Part shown: positions 1 through 13,428 of the stretch, piece after piece | Layout of the letters: the number at the start of each line of letters is the position of its first letter | How positions within the stretch are numbered: the first letter of the stretch is position 1 | Assembly: GCF_004010195.1 (NCBI RefSeq) | Contig: NC_057718.1 | Span: 60,708,795 to 60,772,794, forward strand | Length of the DNA stretch: 64,000 nt | Source: Chiloscyllium plagiosum | Taxonomy: Eukaryota | Reading direction: 5' to 3' | Made by a program: the position numbers and the translations under genes | The notes under the pieces: generated by a model | Seen by the model: only the letters and a program-made list of their open reading frames with translations | Told to the model about the DNA's origin: nothing | Database searches by the model: none

Positions 1-3000
1 GCATTGCCCTCTGGTTTGTCTTTAGTGCATGGGATAATTGGAATGTATACATAAAGGAGGTGTTTTATGTATAAACAGCATGCAAATGAATGCCAGTTGG
101 ACAAGCACTACTCACTAGCAAGATCTTCACTTGCTGTTCAAATATTGGTTTCAGCGTCAGACTATTTTATCTTAGTATCGAGAATTACATTCCTGCCAAT
201 CTCACCATATTTTCCCAATTTACTCGGCATTGCCCACTTCACCCAGGGCATGAGAAGATTCTGCCTTAGATTTTTCTTGCACCTTGCACTTTCTTCGGTT
301 CAGTCAAACATTTTGAGCAGACGATCTGCAAGCAATCTCTGTTATCACATGCAGATTTGACCTGTACCACAGAGGAGTTAAAACCAGTCCAGCCTTTTTA
401 ACATTGCTGTGAAAACATGATGGACTCCCTATGCCTTATTATATCTCAGTGCTTACTTTTATGGTAGTTACTTCAAAACACTTTCAAATTACTATCACAT
501 TTTTCATAATACAGATGGTTTCAAATTTTAACAGCAGGGAGGGAAGACAGGGAAAAAGAGATCGCCATTCACCAGAAAAGGGCTGATTGGAAGTAACTGG
601 CTTGCAAAATGGCCACATTGTTTTCTGAATAGTGTGTAGCTAGGAAATTGCCATAAATAATAGGTGCATTGTGTAGAGCCTGAAAGAGGAGTGCCATTTG
701 CAGGTGATTGTTTTTACTGATATTGCTTTGGGCAAAAAAATTGGCTCAGGATACCTGCTGTGAGACAAGTGAGACAAAAATGAACTCTTTTATTTAAATA
801 CTATATATATAATATGCTATTATTTCTTGAAGTGCATTGGTCATGGAAAACATGTTTTAGCATTGTACCCTTGAAAAGTAAATATATCTGTTCAGTAAAT
901 GGAAAAATTAAACTTTGAAAAGAAAATCTATATCTCTGTATACAATGTTTTCATATGCTGTGGTATTGGGTTTGAGATTATTTCAACATTTTTTCATCAT
1001 ACAGTTGCTGCATAGGCATTTATTAATCTCTCAGAAAGACTGTTGTTTAAATACTAAAAAATTTATTTTCTTAAACCCTTTGCTTCAGGTGGTCAATATA
1101 TATTGAACATTTTGGAACAGAACCTGGTTTGTAACAAAATAACACAGCCTTTAAACGGATTATGGACCAGCTACGATTATGTGGTTTAGGGAAAATATAT
1201 TGCTTGGTTATAAATGCATAAGGGACTTCTTTTCATATTCATTGTCAGCATCAGACATTCCCAGAACAGGCTCAGGAAGGCCAGCCACACAACAAAATTC
1301 CTTTTACTCCAACTCGTCAATGGGCAAATCTCAAATGAGTATCCCCCTGTGGGTTAAGCATAAACTTGTCCAGCTGCCCTCATTGCCAACCTGACTAAGA
1401 TAATGATTTTTCATGCCAATTTGTACTCAATTACAGGATTTTCTGTGTGGACTTGTGCCAAGCTAAACTGGGCTGAGGTTGCCCAAACGTATTTGAGTTA
1501 GAACTTGATGAGCTGTCAGGAGGAAGAAGCATCATTCTGTTGGACTGCATTGGATCCAAGCCAGGTTTGAGAAAGGTGCAGTGAGAGTAAGTCAATCCAC
1601 TAAAAAGATTGATTTAAGGAATGCTAAGATTAACTGGTACTCAAACTCTCCAGATTCTTCAGTTTCAGAAACTCCTCACTTGGGCTTGTACCAGCTAATC
1701 CGGGCTGCAGCTGTATCTCATAAATCATAGCCTGAGTCACACTGAGCATATTGGGAATGTTGCAGGAAAGAAACTGGATGCTGCAGGTATTGAAGTGAAA
1801 GCACTTGGATCTTGTGGGAGGATCAGAGAGGGGTGACAGTGGGGGTGGTGAAAAGTATGAAGAAACTCTAGGAATATGATTTAATGATGTAAAGGAGACA
1901 GAAATGGCTCCTATCCAATTTTTTTGTCCAAAAAATGTCTGGTCTTGTATGCACATGTTAATATGCAGGAAATAGCAAGGAAATTCACATACAGTGCCTT
2001 TTGTAAGTCAAATACAAGTTAGTAACTTGAATTTGACCAATTAGTTCCAGCAATGCGAATGAAGTGTTTGATGTGATCACTAACTATGGGGCAATGGAAT
2101 GTAAGAAACAGGCTATTCTGTGGTTAGCAGGTGATCATTGTGAATCAAAAATGAATTAAGGAATTCAGAAATAAAACTAAAATGGCCCAAATCTAGTCAC
2201 TTAGATGACTTAATACTAATTTCCACTCCTGTTCTAATTACACAAGGAATAACCAATAGAAATAGCCGCTGTACATATAAAGGGGTGAATAGCAAGTAAT
2301 TTTTCCTCATAAAACTACTGATTGATTAAAGTTTGTAAATTAGTTCCAGCAAATTGTGTTCATCTGTCCCATGTATTTTTTTTCCATTTGATCAATCAAT
2401 GTTTTGATTCCATTATGTGAGTGACCCTCTGTTGAACTCTTGAATAGTCTCTTGGAAATAACCATAATCACCATTGCTGACTGACAGATTACTCAGGGTT
2501 GTTTGGGATGGATTTGGGGAAGTTACCGAGCCTGGTTACCAACCAAGTACATCTTCCTAAATATGATTTATATTTTGTGAATGGTTCTTGTCCCACTTGC
2601 GCATTTTGCTCTACAAGCAGCCCAAAGGGTGTACCAGCTCAGCCTATTTCATGCATTGCATAATGTTTCTGCTGAAGCAAGTAGTTCTTGGCTTCCACCA
2701 GATCTAATAAATTGCAAATCATTTCATTTTTTATTTACAATTTTCAGTTTCAAAGCGGAAAACCAAATGTGTGGAGCATCCAATGAAAATCATATGGCAG
2801 ATTTTGTTGTATTGAATTATGATTCCAGTCCTGGAAACTCTCAACTCCTAGGCATCCTGCCAAAGCTTTCAATCTGGCCCCAGCTTGCAATTCAATATTC
2901 AGTGTAAGGCATAAGGACCATGGAGCCAATAATGAGTACATTTCTCACCTAAATTGGCATGACTGCTTTCAGCAGAGAAAATGGGGAGCAGTTACATGGC

Positions 3001-4199
3001 CTAGCACATTGTGGCAAGGATGATAAGAGGCATGGGCTGTGGGTTTCGATAAAACATGAAAACGGGTGCAAAGATCGCAATGCGTGATTAACCCGTGCCC
3101 TTTGATTCCAAGCAAATTTCAGACAGCGTGTTCAATGGAATGGTTGAAGTGTTCAGCCAGTCATAAAAGTATGGTGTTGAGTAACTGCATCAAAAACAAT
3201 GGTGCAAAATCCTGGGACCAGCATGACTGCACTCAAAACATTAACTCTGTTGGGTTTTTTTCTCTCTACAGCTGTTGCCAGACCTGCTGAGCTTCTTCAG
3301 CATTTTCCATTTTTGGTTATTTATGAGTTCCAGCAAGCCTGCACTGCATAAATGCAGTTTGCATATCTTACAATAAGGATGCATTGTGGATGCCATTGCG
3401 TTTCTGAAGCTGCCCTGGAAGCCTTGGTTGATACTCTGGTAGTCTAGGCTGATAAGGCTTGGAGGTGAAGCAATGTCATCTGTCCACAGAAACCAGACAA
3501 ACTCTCACTGAAACCATTAAAGATGACAGCACATTCCAACTGAACCTTACTTCTCATATCCTACTTTCCCTTCATCCCATTATCTATTCTGGTTTAGAAA
3601 CTGCATGCACCTCTTCCTTCAGCCCTCAAGCCCTTAACGCCAAATGCACAATCTTTCGAGGAGATGGAAGCTGCATTTGCGGAGACACATGGACAGTGCA
3701 AGGACTGAAATTCTTGGCCCTGGTTCACAGCTAGGTCCCTGGGACATGACACTGACCAAGCATAGTGGCGCCACCCCTTATCTGAGCACAAGGAGATGCC
3801 CCTGTATCTCCCAGTCCCAGGCCCTGCACATGAGGACTGCAGCTGGGGAACTGGGAAAGGATAAGACAGGTAGCTACTCACCAATGGATGAGATTTCTAA
3901 TGGATTGTGCTGTGGAGGACTCAGATAACCATGGTAATGAAGCAACATAATGAAAACTCCTGAGGGATTTACACAATGTAACAGTCAAATCCTTGTCAGA
4001 AAGTTTACATTCAATGTCAATACATGTGAAGGAGTTCAATGGTATTTTGGCAGAATGCTTTGCCGAAAGCTTAGTGTCCATTCCTCTAGAGTAGCTGAAA
4101 AAAAACTTGCATTGTCATCTCTGCTCAAGCGTTCATTGGTTAATGTCTCAGCTTGCAATACAGCAGACCCAGAAGACACCCAGTGTCTGGGGGCTACAA

Positions 4200-4380
4200 C
4201 TTTAAATACTCTCAGTGATCTAGCCTCCATGACTTTCTGGAGTCGAGGATTCCAGAAATTCACTATGGTCTGGGAGAAAAACAATTCTACTGCTTCTCTG
4301 TTTTAAATGAGTCTCTCATCATTCTGTAATTATGTCAGGTGAAAATCCTTCAAGAGCGACAAAAGCTGAGATAATAGAAC
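4200..4380 (-). mobile_element. Old CR1-type LINE 3' fragment
   Basis: Minus-strand peptide FFSQTIVNFWNPRLQKVMEARSLRVFK resembles the CR1 ORF2 C-terminus (compare FFTQRVVHVWNELP in the copy at 26504-27007). Confidence 0.6.
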
Positions 4381-4387
4381 CTTGGAA

Positions 4388-4680
4388 AAAGAAAGATTTA
4401 CAAGAATAGTGCCAAGGTTGGAGGATTTGAGCGAAAGGGAGAGGCTGAATAGGCTGGGGCTGTTTTCCATGGAGCGTCCGAGGCTGAGGGGTGACCTTAT
4501 AGAGGTTTATAAAATCATGAGGGGATTGGATAGGATATATAGACAAGGTCTTTTCCCTGCGATTGGGGAGTGCAGAACTAGAGGGCATCGGGTTAGGCAG
4601 AGAGGGGAAAATACATAAAGGGACCAAAAAGGCAAATTTTTCATGCAAGGGCTGGTGCGCGTCTGGAAGGAGCTGCCAGA
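4388..4680 (+). mobile_element. CR1/HER1-like LINE 3' fragment
   Basis: Peptide RFTRIVPRLEDLSERERLNRLGLFSMERPRLRGDLIEVYKIMRG is nearly identical to the copy at 26610-26800. Confidence 0.9.
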
Positions 4681-5322
4681 GGGTGCTCCGTGTGTGGAAA
4701 GAGCGACCGGTGTGTATGGAAGGAGCTGCCAGAGGGTGGTGCATGTATGGAAGGAGATGCCAGAGGGTGGTGCATGTGTGGGAGGAGCTGCTAGAGGGAG
4801 GCGTGTGCATAGAAGGAGCTGTCAGAGGATTGAGTGTTTATGGAAGGAGCTGTCAGAGGGTTGTGTGTGTATGGAAGGAGCTGTCAGAGGGTTGTGTGTG
4901 TATGGAAGGAGCTACGAGAGGGTGTTGCGTGTGTGGATGGAGCTGCCAGAGGGTGGTGAGTGTATGGAGTGAGTTGCCAGAGGATGGTGAGTGTATGGAG
5001 TATGCTGCCAGATGTGGTATGTGTATGGAGTGAGCTGCCAGATGGTGATGTGTGTGTGGAGTGAGCTGCCAGAGGGTGGTATCAGTATGGAGTGAGCTGC
5101 CAGATGGTGGTGTATGCATAGAGTGGGCTGTCAGAGGGTGGAGAGTGTATGGAGTGAGCTGCCAGAGGGTGGTGTATGGATTGAACTGCCAGACAGTGGT
5201 GTGTGTACGGAGTGAGCTGCCAGAGGGTGGTGTGTGTATGGAGTGAGCTGCCAGAGGGTGGTGTGTGTATGGAGTGAGCTGTCAGAGGGTGGTGTTTGTA
5301 TGGAGTGAGCTGCCAGAGGGAG
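4650..5322 (+). repeat. 31-bp minisatellite (about 21 units) derived from the CR1 3' region
   Basis: Unit ggagtgagctgccagagggtggtgtgtgtat; cagagggtgg recurs at 5221 and 5252; the array runs into the gap. Confidence 0.95.
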
Positions 5323-5822
5323 NNNNNNNNNNNNNNNNNNNNNNNNNNNNNNNNNNNNNNNNNNNNNNNNNNNNNNNNNNNNNNNNNNNNNNNNNNNNNN
5401 NNNNNNNNNNNNNNNNNNNNNNNNNNNNNNNNNNNNNNNNNNNNNNNNNNNNNNNNNNNNNNNNNNNNNNNNNNNNNNNNNNNNNNNNNNNNNNNNNNNN
5501 NNNNNNNNNNNNNNNNNNNNNNNNNNNNNNNNNNNNNNNNNNNNNNNNNNNNNNNNNNNNNNNNNNNNNNNNNNNNNNNNNNNNNNNNNNNNNNNNNNNN
5601 NNNNNNNNNNNNNNNNNNNNNNNNNNNNNNNNNNNNNNNNNNNNNNNNNNNNNNNNNNNNNNNNNNNNNNNNNNNNNNNNNNNNNNNNNNNNNNNNNNNN
5701 NNNNNNNNNNNNNNNNNNNNNNNNNNNNNNNNNNNNNNNNNNNNNNNNNNNNNNNNNNNNNNNNNNNNNNNNNNNNNNNNNNNNNNNNNNNNNNNNNNNN
5801 NNNNNNNNNNNNNNNNNNNNNN
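5323..5822. other. Assembly gap (500 N)
   Basis: Run of N. Confidence 1.
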
Positions 5823-6009
5823 TGTTTCTCTAAGATCATGTCTCAATCTTCTGAACTTTAATTGAGAAAGATCACACCCATTAGTCTTTTTTCTATTAAT
5901 CATTCATGGGATGAAGGCCAGACCAGCATTCATCGTCCTTCTATAAATGCCCAGAGGGCAGGTGAGAGTCACCCACATTGCTATGGGTCCTTCCATAAGG
6001 ACATACATG

Positions 6010-6130
6010 TTTGTGTCTCTTTAGTTTTAGAATCTCCTACCATGGAGAAAAGCTGTTGTCTATTTACATTAAGAAAGCCTCTCATTATTTTATTGACCTC
6101 TTAATGTCACCTCTCAGTCTCCTATGCTCG
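6010..6130 (-). mobile_element. Degenerate CR1 fragment
   Basis: Reverse complement resembles gagcataggagactgagaggtgac of the CR1 3' region. Confidence 0.55.
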
Positions 6131-6960
6131 AGTTTATTCGGCTGTCCTTGTAACTCAACATGCACTTCGATTGTTGATTGTCATATGCTATACTCTTGTG
6201 CAGTGAAAGGGAAGACCTTGCCAGTGACAGACATAGAGGAACCACACTCCTCAGCTAATAAGGAGTACGTGTCAGAACCAGCCAGTCTGCAAGTTGGGGT
6301 TGTATTACTAGACATCGGGGCTACAGAGACATTCATGAGGGAGGGTCCTTAGTCCCTTTGTTCAACAAGTTCGAGCAAACATGAAGCCTCCGAGAAGCTG
6401 ACAGCTTGATCTTGGGGTACACCAATAGGATGTCTGCATCTCCATCGGACAGTGCACCACTACCTTCCAATAAGCCACTCCGTCCTTGTCATCCAAAATA
6501 TTGTCAGTCCTCCCCTTTCACCCATACAGACTTGCAACTTCTTCTGTATGTAATCCAGCTGCTAACCACATCTGAACAGACAGGCCAACACTGCACATGA
6601 ATAAAATGAACAAGACTGTTTGACCACACACACTGACAAACTGAAATATAACATTTAAACTATCATGCAGCCACATGTTCTTGCATTTGTTTTTGGTTAA
6701 TCCAGAGTGATAGCCCAACGTTTGGAGCTAAAAGGGGGACAGGCTGCTCAGTGTAATGATGTACTGCCTGAGACAGCCCCCTTGGTTGTTGTTTAGTAAA
6801 CCTTGGAGGGCCCTGATAGGTTCCTGTCTATGTCCAGGTGCATCACCTTTGACCTTGGTTACTCGAAGCACAGGTAGGGAGACTCCTAGAAGAAGGAGCC
6901 TTGCACTCTTCTCCCTTCATTGTGATGGAGTCTCCCTGACAACCAAAACAGGGCAAGGTC

Positions 6961-7121
6961 AGAAGTCACATGACACTAGGTTATAGTTGAACAAGTTTAT
7001 TTCAAATCACAAGCTTTCAGAGTACTGCACCTTCGTCAAGTGATTTCAAATAAACCTGCTGGACTATAACCTGATGTTGTGTGACTTTTGGCCTTCCTAG
7101 TCCAATGCCAGCATCTCCACA
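6961..7121. mobile_element. Penelope-like family B palindromic mini-element (degenerate hammerhead)
   Basis: Arms gtcacatgacactaggttatagt and actataacctgatgttgtgtgac are inverted; only the right arm has the tail agtccaatgccagcatctccaca; same family as 31377-31590. Confidence 0.8.
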
Positions 7122-8079
7122 CCAGTGAAGGAGATTAATAAAGGAGGGTGGTCCAGGGGTCTCAGCCCCTCTTTCTTGATCACTATGGCTCATGTCCAGA
7201 GAGTGATGGTCTATAAGGTCCAAGCACAAACTCAGCAGCTGTTAACTGGACTTGTGGACTCAGCTGTCACAGCACTTACCAACCTCTCCATGAAGGAAAT
7301 CAATGAGCTTGCCTACCAGAGACATGGCAGAACCTTTAGTTTGGATGAATTCTTGAATCATCCGTATCCTATCTTCACAATGTTTCTGCTACATCCACCA
7401 TACAGTCCACTGTCTGGCTCTTCATCTCCAGAAAGTTTTTTTATGTAGATGAACAAAGGCTAATAATCAATTCAAGGCTCAGCATGGGACTGACCTCTAA
7501 CAATTGTTTGATTGGCTTGGTCTATTACTGTCACAGCCTCTGTTAGCTGCTCTGGTGTCTGATGTTCTAACAGGTTCATGATCCTGGCTCAAGTCACAAT
7601 CATATCCCCATCAAGATGACGATATCTGCACTGGTGGATGGTTACAGAAGCGATGTGACAGTATGCCCTCAGAGGCATCCATATCCTCATCCTCAGAGAT
7701 GGACTGCAGGGTAAAGCCCTGATGAATTTGGCCATCCCTTCAGAAGTTAAGGACCTGCTCTAATGCATATTGATCACAATCTCTCTTCATATCCCTCTGA
7801 CACATACCTTCTTTCTGTTCAATAGTTGGTACCAAGCTCGAGGCCTCCTCACTCTCTTTTCACAGTCCGGCCTCATAGCCAACTATTGTGCTATCTTCCT
7901 CTCTGAACAATTTCACAGCCGTCTCCTCTGCGCATGCAAGTGTTTTTTTTTGTCAGACGCACATCTACATGTCTTTACACATTCATTGGCATAATGTGTA
8001 GACAGAAGGGGACGAGGCATTGTAGCATGGATGGCATCTAAGCTGCTTGTCATTATGTATTCCTTTAATAATTAATGTA

Positions 8080-8530
8080 GCCTTTTGGGGAACTCTTTCC
8101 CATTTCCTCTCATGATCTCTGAAGCTTCGCCTTTTAGAACCCTGAGATACCACCTATCAGGTCCAGGAAACATATCAGCCTTTAGCTCTATTAGTTTACC
8201 TTGTACTTTTTCTCAAATTATAGCGTTATGCTCACAACCTTGGATCCTTCACTATGTAATATGCTTGGAATGCTATTCATATTCTCTACTGTTAAAACTA
8301 ATGCATTTTTAAACTTCAACCGCTCAGCCATTTCCTTATTCCTCATTGCTCTTTCCCCAGCCATGATCTCTAAGGAGCCTACGCTCACTTTGACTTCTAT
8401 TTTCTATTTTCTGTATTTAAAGAAGCTTTTACTGTCCATTTTTATATTATTTTCTAGTTTGCCCTCATAGTTTATTTCTTCCCTTTCAATTTTAATGTTC
8501 TACTTTGTTAGGTTTTACAATTTTCCCAAA
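8080..8530 (-). mobile_element. Degenerate CR1-type internal fragment
   Basis: Resembles the reverse complement of CR1 ORF2 (catcaggtccagga..., the PGPDG region); highly decayed. Confidence 0.45.
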
Positions 8531-11500
8531 CCTCTGGTTTATCACTAATCTTTGATTAATTTTTAGGTAGGCTATGTAAGTTGCTTAAGTAATCTTCATA
8601 ATTCAGTTTTGAAAAAAAAATAAGCTCACGGTGTTAAGTTTTTGAAAAAAAAATTACTAATTCACAGATCTTCCAATGCCAGGAATGTATAATGGAAATT
8701 TGGGCAAGGAATCCAGTGGGGCCTATAGGATTAAGGATCATAATAGACTTATGTCGTGCACACACATAAACTTAGTCCTTAAATTCCACATAGAGATTTC
8801 AGGTGTTCAAAATTCTGTACCAAGAGCATGAATTGAAAAGAAAAACTGCTCTCAAACAGAACATATATGTCAAATTAAATTTAATTGCTGAAATAGGTAA
8901 CAGTTAGCAGTAAATCCACAATCTGGTGTTCACAGCATGACATGATTCTTGGGAAATTGCAGGCATGTTGCCCATGATTTTCCATCCATTAAATTTCATG
9001 GTTGAAAGTCACAGGAAAAAATGCTGCTGCTTTACTGTTATGGACTTCCTGGAAGTGCTGGTACCTGTTAGGAGTGCCACACTACAGTATCACCAAGAAG
9101 AGCTATCCAGCAATAAGACAGACCAATTACCTACATGAAATACATATATGTATGTGCCACTATCCACTGAATAGCTATTGTAAGAAACCATTCTATCAAC
9201 AGAGTCTTGTATTTATGTAATGCCTTTCAGAGAGTAAAATATCTCAAGGTACTTCCCAAGAGCTGTTATCAAATCAATCTTATCAATTTTGGAAGTCTTG
9301 TTTAAAACTGCCTAATTTCTCTTCCTCAGTAACTTACGAGACAGAAAATTAAGCCTGTTAATAAACTAATGTGAGTATTAGTTTGCTTATGCACTGAAGT
9401 ATGCAGCACATGAGAACTGACTGCAATTGTTCACTTCAGAGAGAAGAAAAGTTTCTCATAATGGGAAGAATCAACTTTCAAGGTTCAGTATAGCCAAGTG
9501 TTTTCATTCATGAAGTTCCAAGTCAGGAGAGTTTGAATAAAACTCTTCAAGGTTTTCAATTTAAAAACATTTAGGTCATCAGAGTTGCAAACATTTCTGG
9601 GAGAAATCAGTTAAGTAAAGCATAAGAAATGAAAATACAATTGAAGTTTCTCTAGGATTGAGTATTTGTAAACTGACAGTTGAAAAACACGTCGAAATTT
9701 TAAGTTGTGTTTTTGTTAAGATATTTCTAAATGGCTTCGATTTTTTATACTCAATATTTTTTCCATTGTAAAATAAACTTATGTTCTGTTGCTAAAGAAC
9801 ACGTGCAGCCACATATGACTATATTTCAATGGCTGACCATGTTAAACAATTCAATATATGATCGATCAAGCTGGGTTTCCTTAAAAAATCTGACTTGCCT
9901 TATTATACAGTTTGCAGGGATCATAACACTACTTTGGAAAGGAGAGCAATGAAAAGGAGAACAGATTTGCAAGATGGAGAAGGTGCAACCTTTTAGTTTG
10001 GAAGATTTTAAAACAAAATCTTCCACAGAATGGTGAGAAATTCATAAAGTATAACATAGTTAATGCAGCAAACTCAACCACCACAAGTAAAGCATTACAT
10101 TTTGCATGACGTGTGTTATATATCAATGATATGAAATACACTGAATATTATGTTATTTCCATGTACTGAACAAACTCAGAAGCTGCAAACTAAGATATTC
10201 TGTGCTGCAGCTCCACAAAGGAACTTTAATATTGTAAATGAATAGCTAAGAGTTGATTAGTTGTTGGAACGGTAAGGAGCTTGGCTGGGTCATTTAATAT
10301 TAATTGCCATGGTACTTGATATGGATTAACTTCCTGAACTGAAAATTGCACCAATTTTAATACTGATATGTATAGTATCATATAAGTCAATTGTTTTAGA
10401 ATGATGAAATTGTGGTATTGTTCCTGTGCTATTCAAAGTATGGTTTTAATAAATTATTATAGTTTATAGCAAAACATTTGATATTTAAAATTTATAATAG
10501 TGTACAGTTATATGTAAGCTATATAGTTATTATTAGTTCTTCAAACTGGAGATGCCTAGTGGCATTATCGCTAGACAATTAATCCAGACATCAAGGGAAT
10601 GTTGGGAGACCTGGATTTGAATCGCACTATGGCAGATAGTGGAATTTGAATTCAATGAAAATCTGGAATTAACAATCCCATAGTGATCAGGAAACCATTG
10701 CTGATCGCAGGAAAAAGCCTCAGGTTCATGAATGTCCTGTAGCGAAGAAAACTGCCATCCTTACCTGGTCTGGCCTCCATGGGATTCCAGATGCACAGCA
10801 ATATAGTTCAATCATAACTGTCCTTTGAAATGTCATTCATTTGGAAAAATCATTAGAAAGTCTCAGAAAAGAAAGGAAACCAGATGGATCACCTGGCATT
10901 GATTTAGGTATTGAACATCCAATTACAAAAAAAGCCCTTTCAATTCCTCAAAATCCTCCTTTCTAGGAGATAGTGCCAAAAGTCAAAAACCTGTCTCACA
11001 TACTAGTTAAGATACAACCTGACATAGTTATACTCATGAAATTATACATCACAAACAATGTCCCAGAGCCCCAACATCTTTATCCCTGGGTATGCCCTGC
11101 CCCACAGGCAGTACAGACCCAGCAGAGGTGGCAGCACAGTGGCATTCATTCCAGAGTGGTTTTCCCTGGGAGTCTCATGGTACCAGGTCAAACGTGGACA
11201 AAGAAACATGCTGCTAATTACCATATACCCATCCTCCGTCAGTGAATGAATCATTGCTCCTCAGTGCTGAATCACATTTGAAGAAAGCGTGAGGGTGTCA
11301 AGGGCACATAATGCACTTTGAGTAGAGGGTTCAATGTCCAACATCAAGAGTGGCTCAGCAGGAACACTACTGATAGAGGTCAGGTCCTAAAGGCCATAGC
11401 TGCAAGACGAGGTCCGTAGCAGATGGTGAAGAGGGAACAACAAGAGGGAAAAATGTTCTTGGTAATTATCTGTTACAGTTTGCATCTGTCCATGACAGTA

Positions 11501-11596
11501 TCATTAAGAGTGAACGGCAAACAGTCCTCGTGGAGACGAAGTCTCATCTTCACATTGAGAATAACCTCCATTGTGTTGTATAACACTATCACCATG

Positions 11597-12174
11597 TGTG
11601 ATGATGCTACTCCTTTAACAAGGTTAGGTTGTCCTTGGTTTTTTTTTCAGGAATGTCTGGGGTTGATCTACTTGAGAATGTTTTCAAGTTTAAAAGAAAC
11701 ACTTGCATAATGAAAGGGAAATGGCCAGTTCTGCCAGCTCAATTTTTCTCTCGTCTGATTTGGTTCAATTTTAGCAGTCTGAAAGCAGTCAGTTCAGTTT
11801 GATGCCACTGATCCATGAAACAGTTACATGGAAGAGGGTGTTCCATGCTGCCAGCTCTCTCTCTCCTGTACAACCCTGTGTTTGATTTTACCTTTTGTGC
11901 CAAGGGGTGTTTATGGAGATTGTTGCAAGCATCATTAAGTTGGGATAATTTGCTGGGTTTTCAGACAGGTTAAGTTGTTCTATACTCTGTTCTCTTTTGT
12001 TTGTGTTACATTCAGTTATCTTGCAAATAAATTCTGTTTTGTTTGAAACTAAATGGTTTGACCAGCTGCATCCCTCCTGGAATATCCACATTACACCTAC
12101 TTAAACGACTAGCAAAGTTAGGGTCCGGGCCACTCCTTGAAATGTTTTGAGAGGGTCTGGCCTGGTCCATCACA
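11597..12174 (+). mobile_element. Solo LTR inserted in the LINE
   Basis: Perfect terminal inverted tgtgatg...catcaca (TG..CA); aataaa near 12026; LINE sequence resumes on both sides. Confidence 0.7.
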
Positions 12175-12787
12175 AAGGCTACATGAGACAGACTTCAAAC
12201 AGAGCTTGCAACTCAAGACTGGGCATCCATGAGGTGTTGTGGGCTATCAGCCGCAACAGAATTTTACACCAGCACAATCTGCAACCTAAAGGCCTGGCAT
12301 AACCATCGCTCTGTGATTACCATCAAACTTGGGGATCAACCCTGGCTCAATGGAGAGTGCAGGAGGACATGCCAGGAGGGGGATGGGGCATATCTAAAAA
12401 TGAAGTGTCAACCTGCTAGAGCTGCAAAACAGAACTATGCGCATGCTAAATGGCATAAGTAGCAAGTGATAGACAGAGCTAATGGACCAGATTTAAGCTC
12501 TGCAGTCCAGCCACATCCAGTTCATGAATGGTCATGGAGGCTCCACAAATATCCCCTTCCTCAATAATGGGGGAGACCAATAGACCATTGCAAATAAAAA
12601 GGCCGAAGCATTTGCAAAAATCTTCAGTCAGAAATGTCAAGTGGCTGATTGATTTTGACCAGCTCCTGAGGTCAACCAGTAAAGATGCTAGATTTCAGTC
12701 AATTCATGTCACTCCATGTGATATCAAGAAATGGTGAGGCACTGGTTATTGTAAAGCCTATGGGCCCTGACAACATTCTGGTAATAG

Positions 12788-13428
12788 GCGGAAGTGGGTA
12801 CTGCAGATGCTGGAAATCAGAGTCAAGATTAGAGTGGTGCTGGAAAAGCACAGCAGGTCAGGCAGCATCCGAGAAGCAGGAAAAATTGATGTTGCACGCA
12901 AAAGCCCTTCATCAGGAATGAGACTGGGAGCCTCAGGGGTGGAGAGATAAATGGGAGGGGGTGGGCCTGGGGAGAAAGTAGGTGATAGGTGCAATAGGTG
13001 GATAAAGGTGGGGGAAAAGGTGATAGGTTGGAGAGAGAAGGGTGGAGTGGATTGGTGGGAAGGAAGATTGACAGGTGGGATAGGTCATGAGGATGGTGCT
13101 GAGCTGGAAGGTTGGAACTGGGGTAAGGTGGCGGGAGGGGAAATGAGGAAACTGGTGAAGTCCACATTGATGTCATGGAGTTGAAGTGTTCCAAGGCGGA
13201 AGATGAGGCATTCTTCCTCCAGGCGTCGGGTAGCAAGGAAGTGGCAGTGGACCAGGCCCAGGACCAGCATGTCCTTGGCAGAGTGGGAGGGGAAGTTGAA
13301 ATGTCCGGCCACGGGGAGTGGGGTTAATTGGTGCGGGTGTCCCTAAGATGTTCTCTGAAGCACTCTGCAGGAAGTCGTCCAGTCTCCCCAATATAGAGGA
13401 GACCACATCGGGAGCAACAGATACAATA
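12788..13428 (-). mobile_element. 5'-truncated Penelope-like element (family A): GIY-YIG C-terminus, 3' region and hammerhead-bearing terminal repeat
   Basis: Minus-strand VYCICCSRCGLLYIGETGR..FREHL and HFNFPSHS..RRLEEECLIFRLGTLQ; perfect 16-bp TSD aacattctggtaatag at 12772-12787 and 13429-13444; degenerate core ctgatgaagggcttttgcgtgcaa at about 12892-12915. Confidence 0.9.

Noticed and set aside
67..3290. Short ORFs of 60-108 aa in unique DNA
   Set aside because: Lengths are as expected by chance, with no domain similarity or exon structure evident.
3330..4190. Possible decayed L1/Tx1-like fragment or host exon (ORF 3950-4306)
   Set aside because: Only isolated short motifs (LISLD on -, tttggcagaatgc on +), no recognisable protein, and the ORF's 3' part is antisense CR1.
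4650..5322. CRISPR-like array or coding repeat ORFs
   Set aside because: Units are contiguous with no unique spacers and derive from CR1. The ORFs are by-products of the repeat and the context is vertebrate DNA.
5082..5903. Long ORFs of 185-273 aa
   Set aside because: They are open only because they cross the N gap; the same applies to the ORFs at 41058-41775.
6200..8050. Possible old transposon coding remnant
   Set aside because: It is GC-richer and looks repeat-derived, but I could not read a diagnostic motif.
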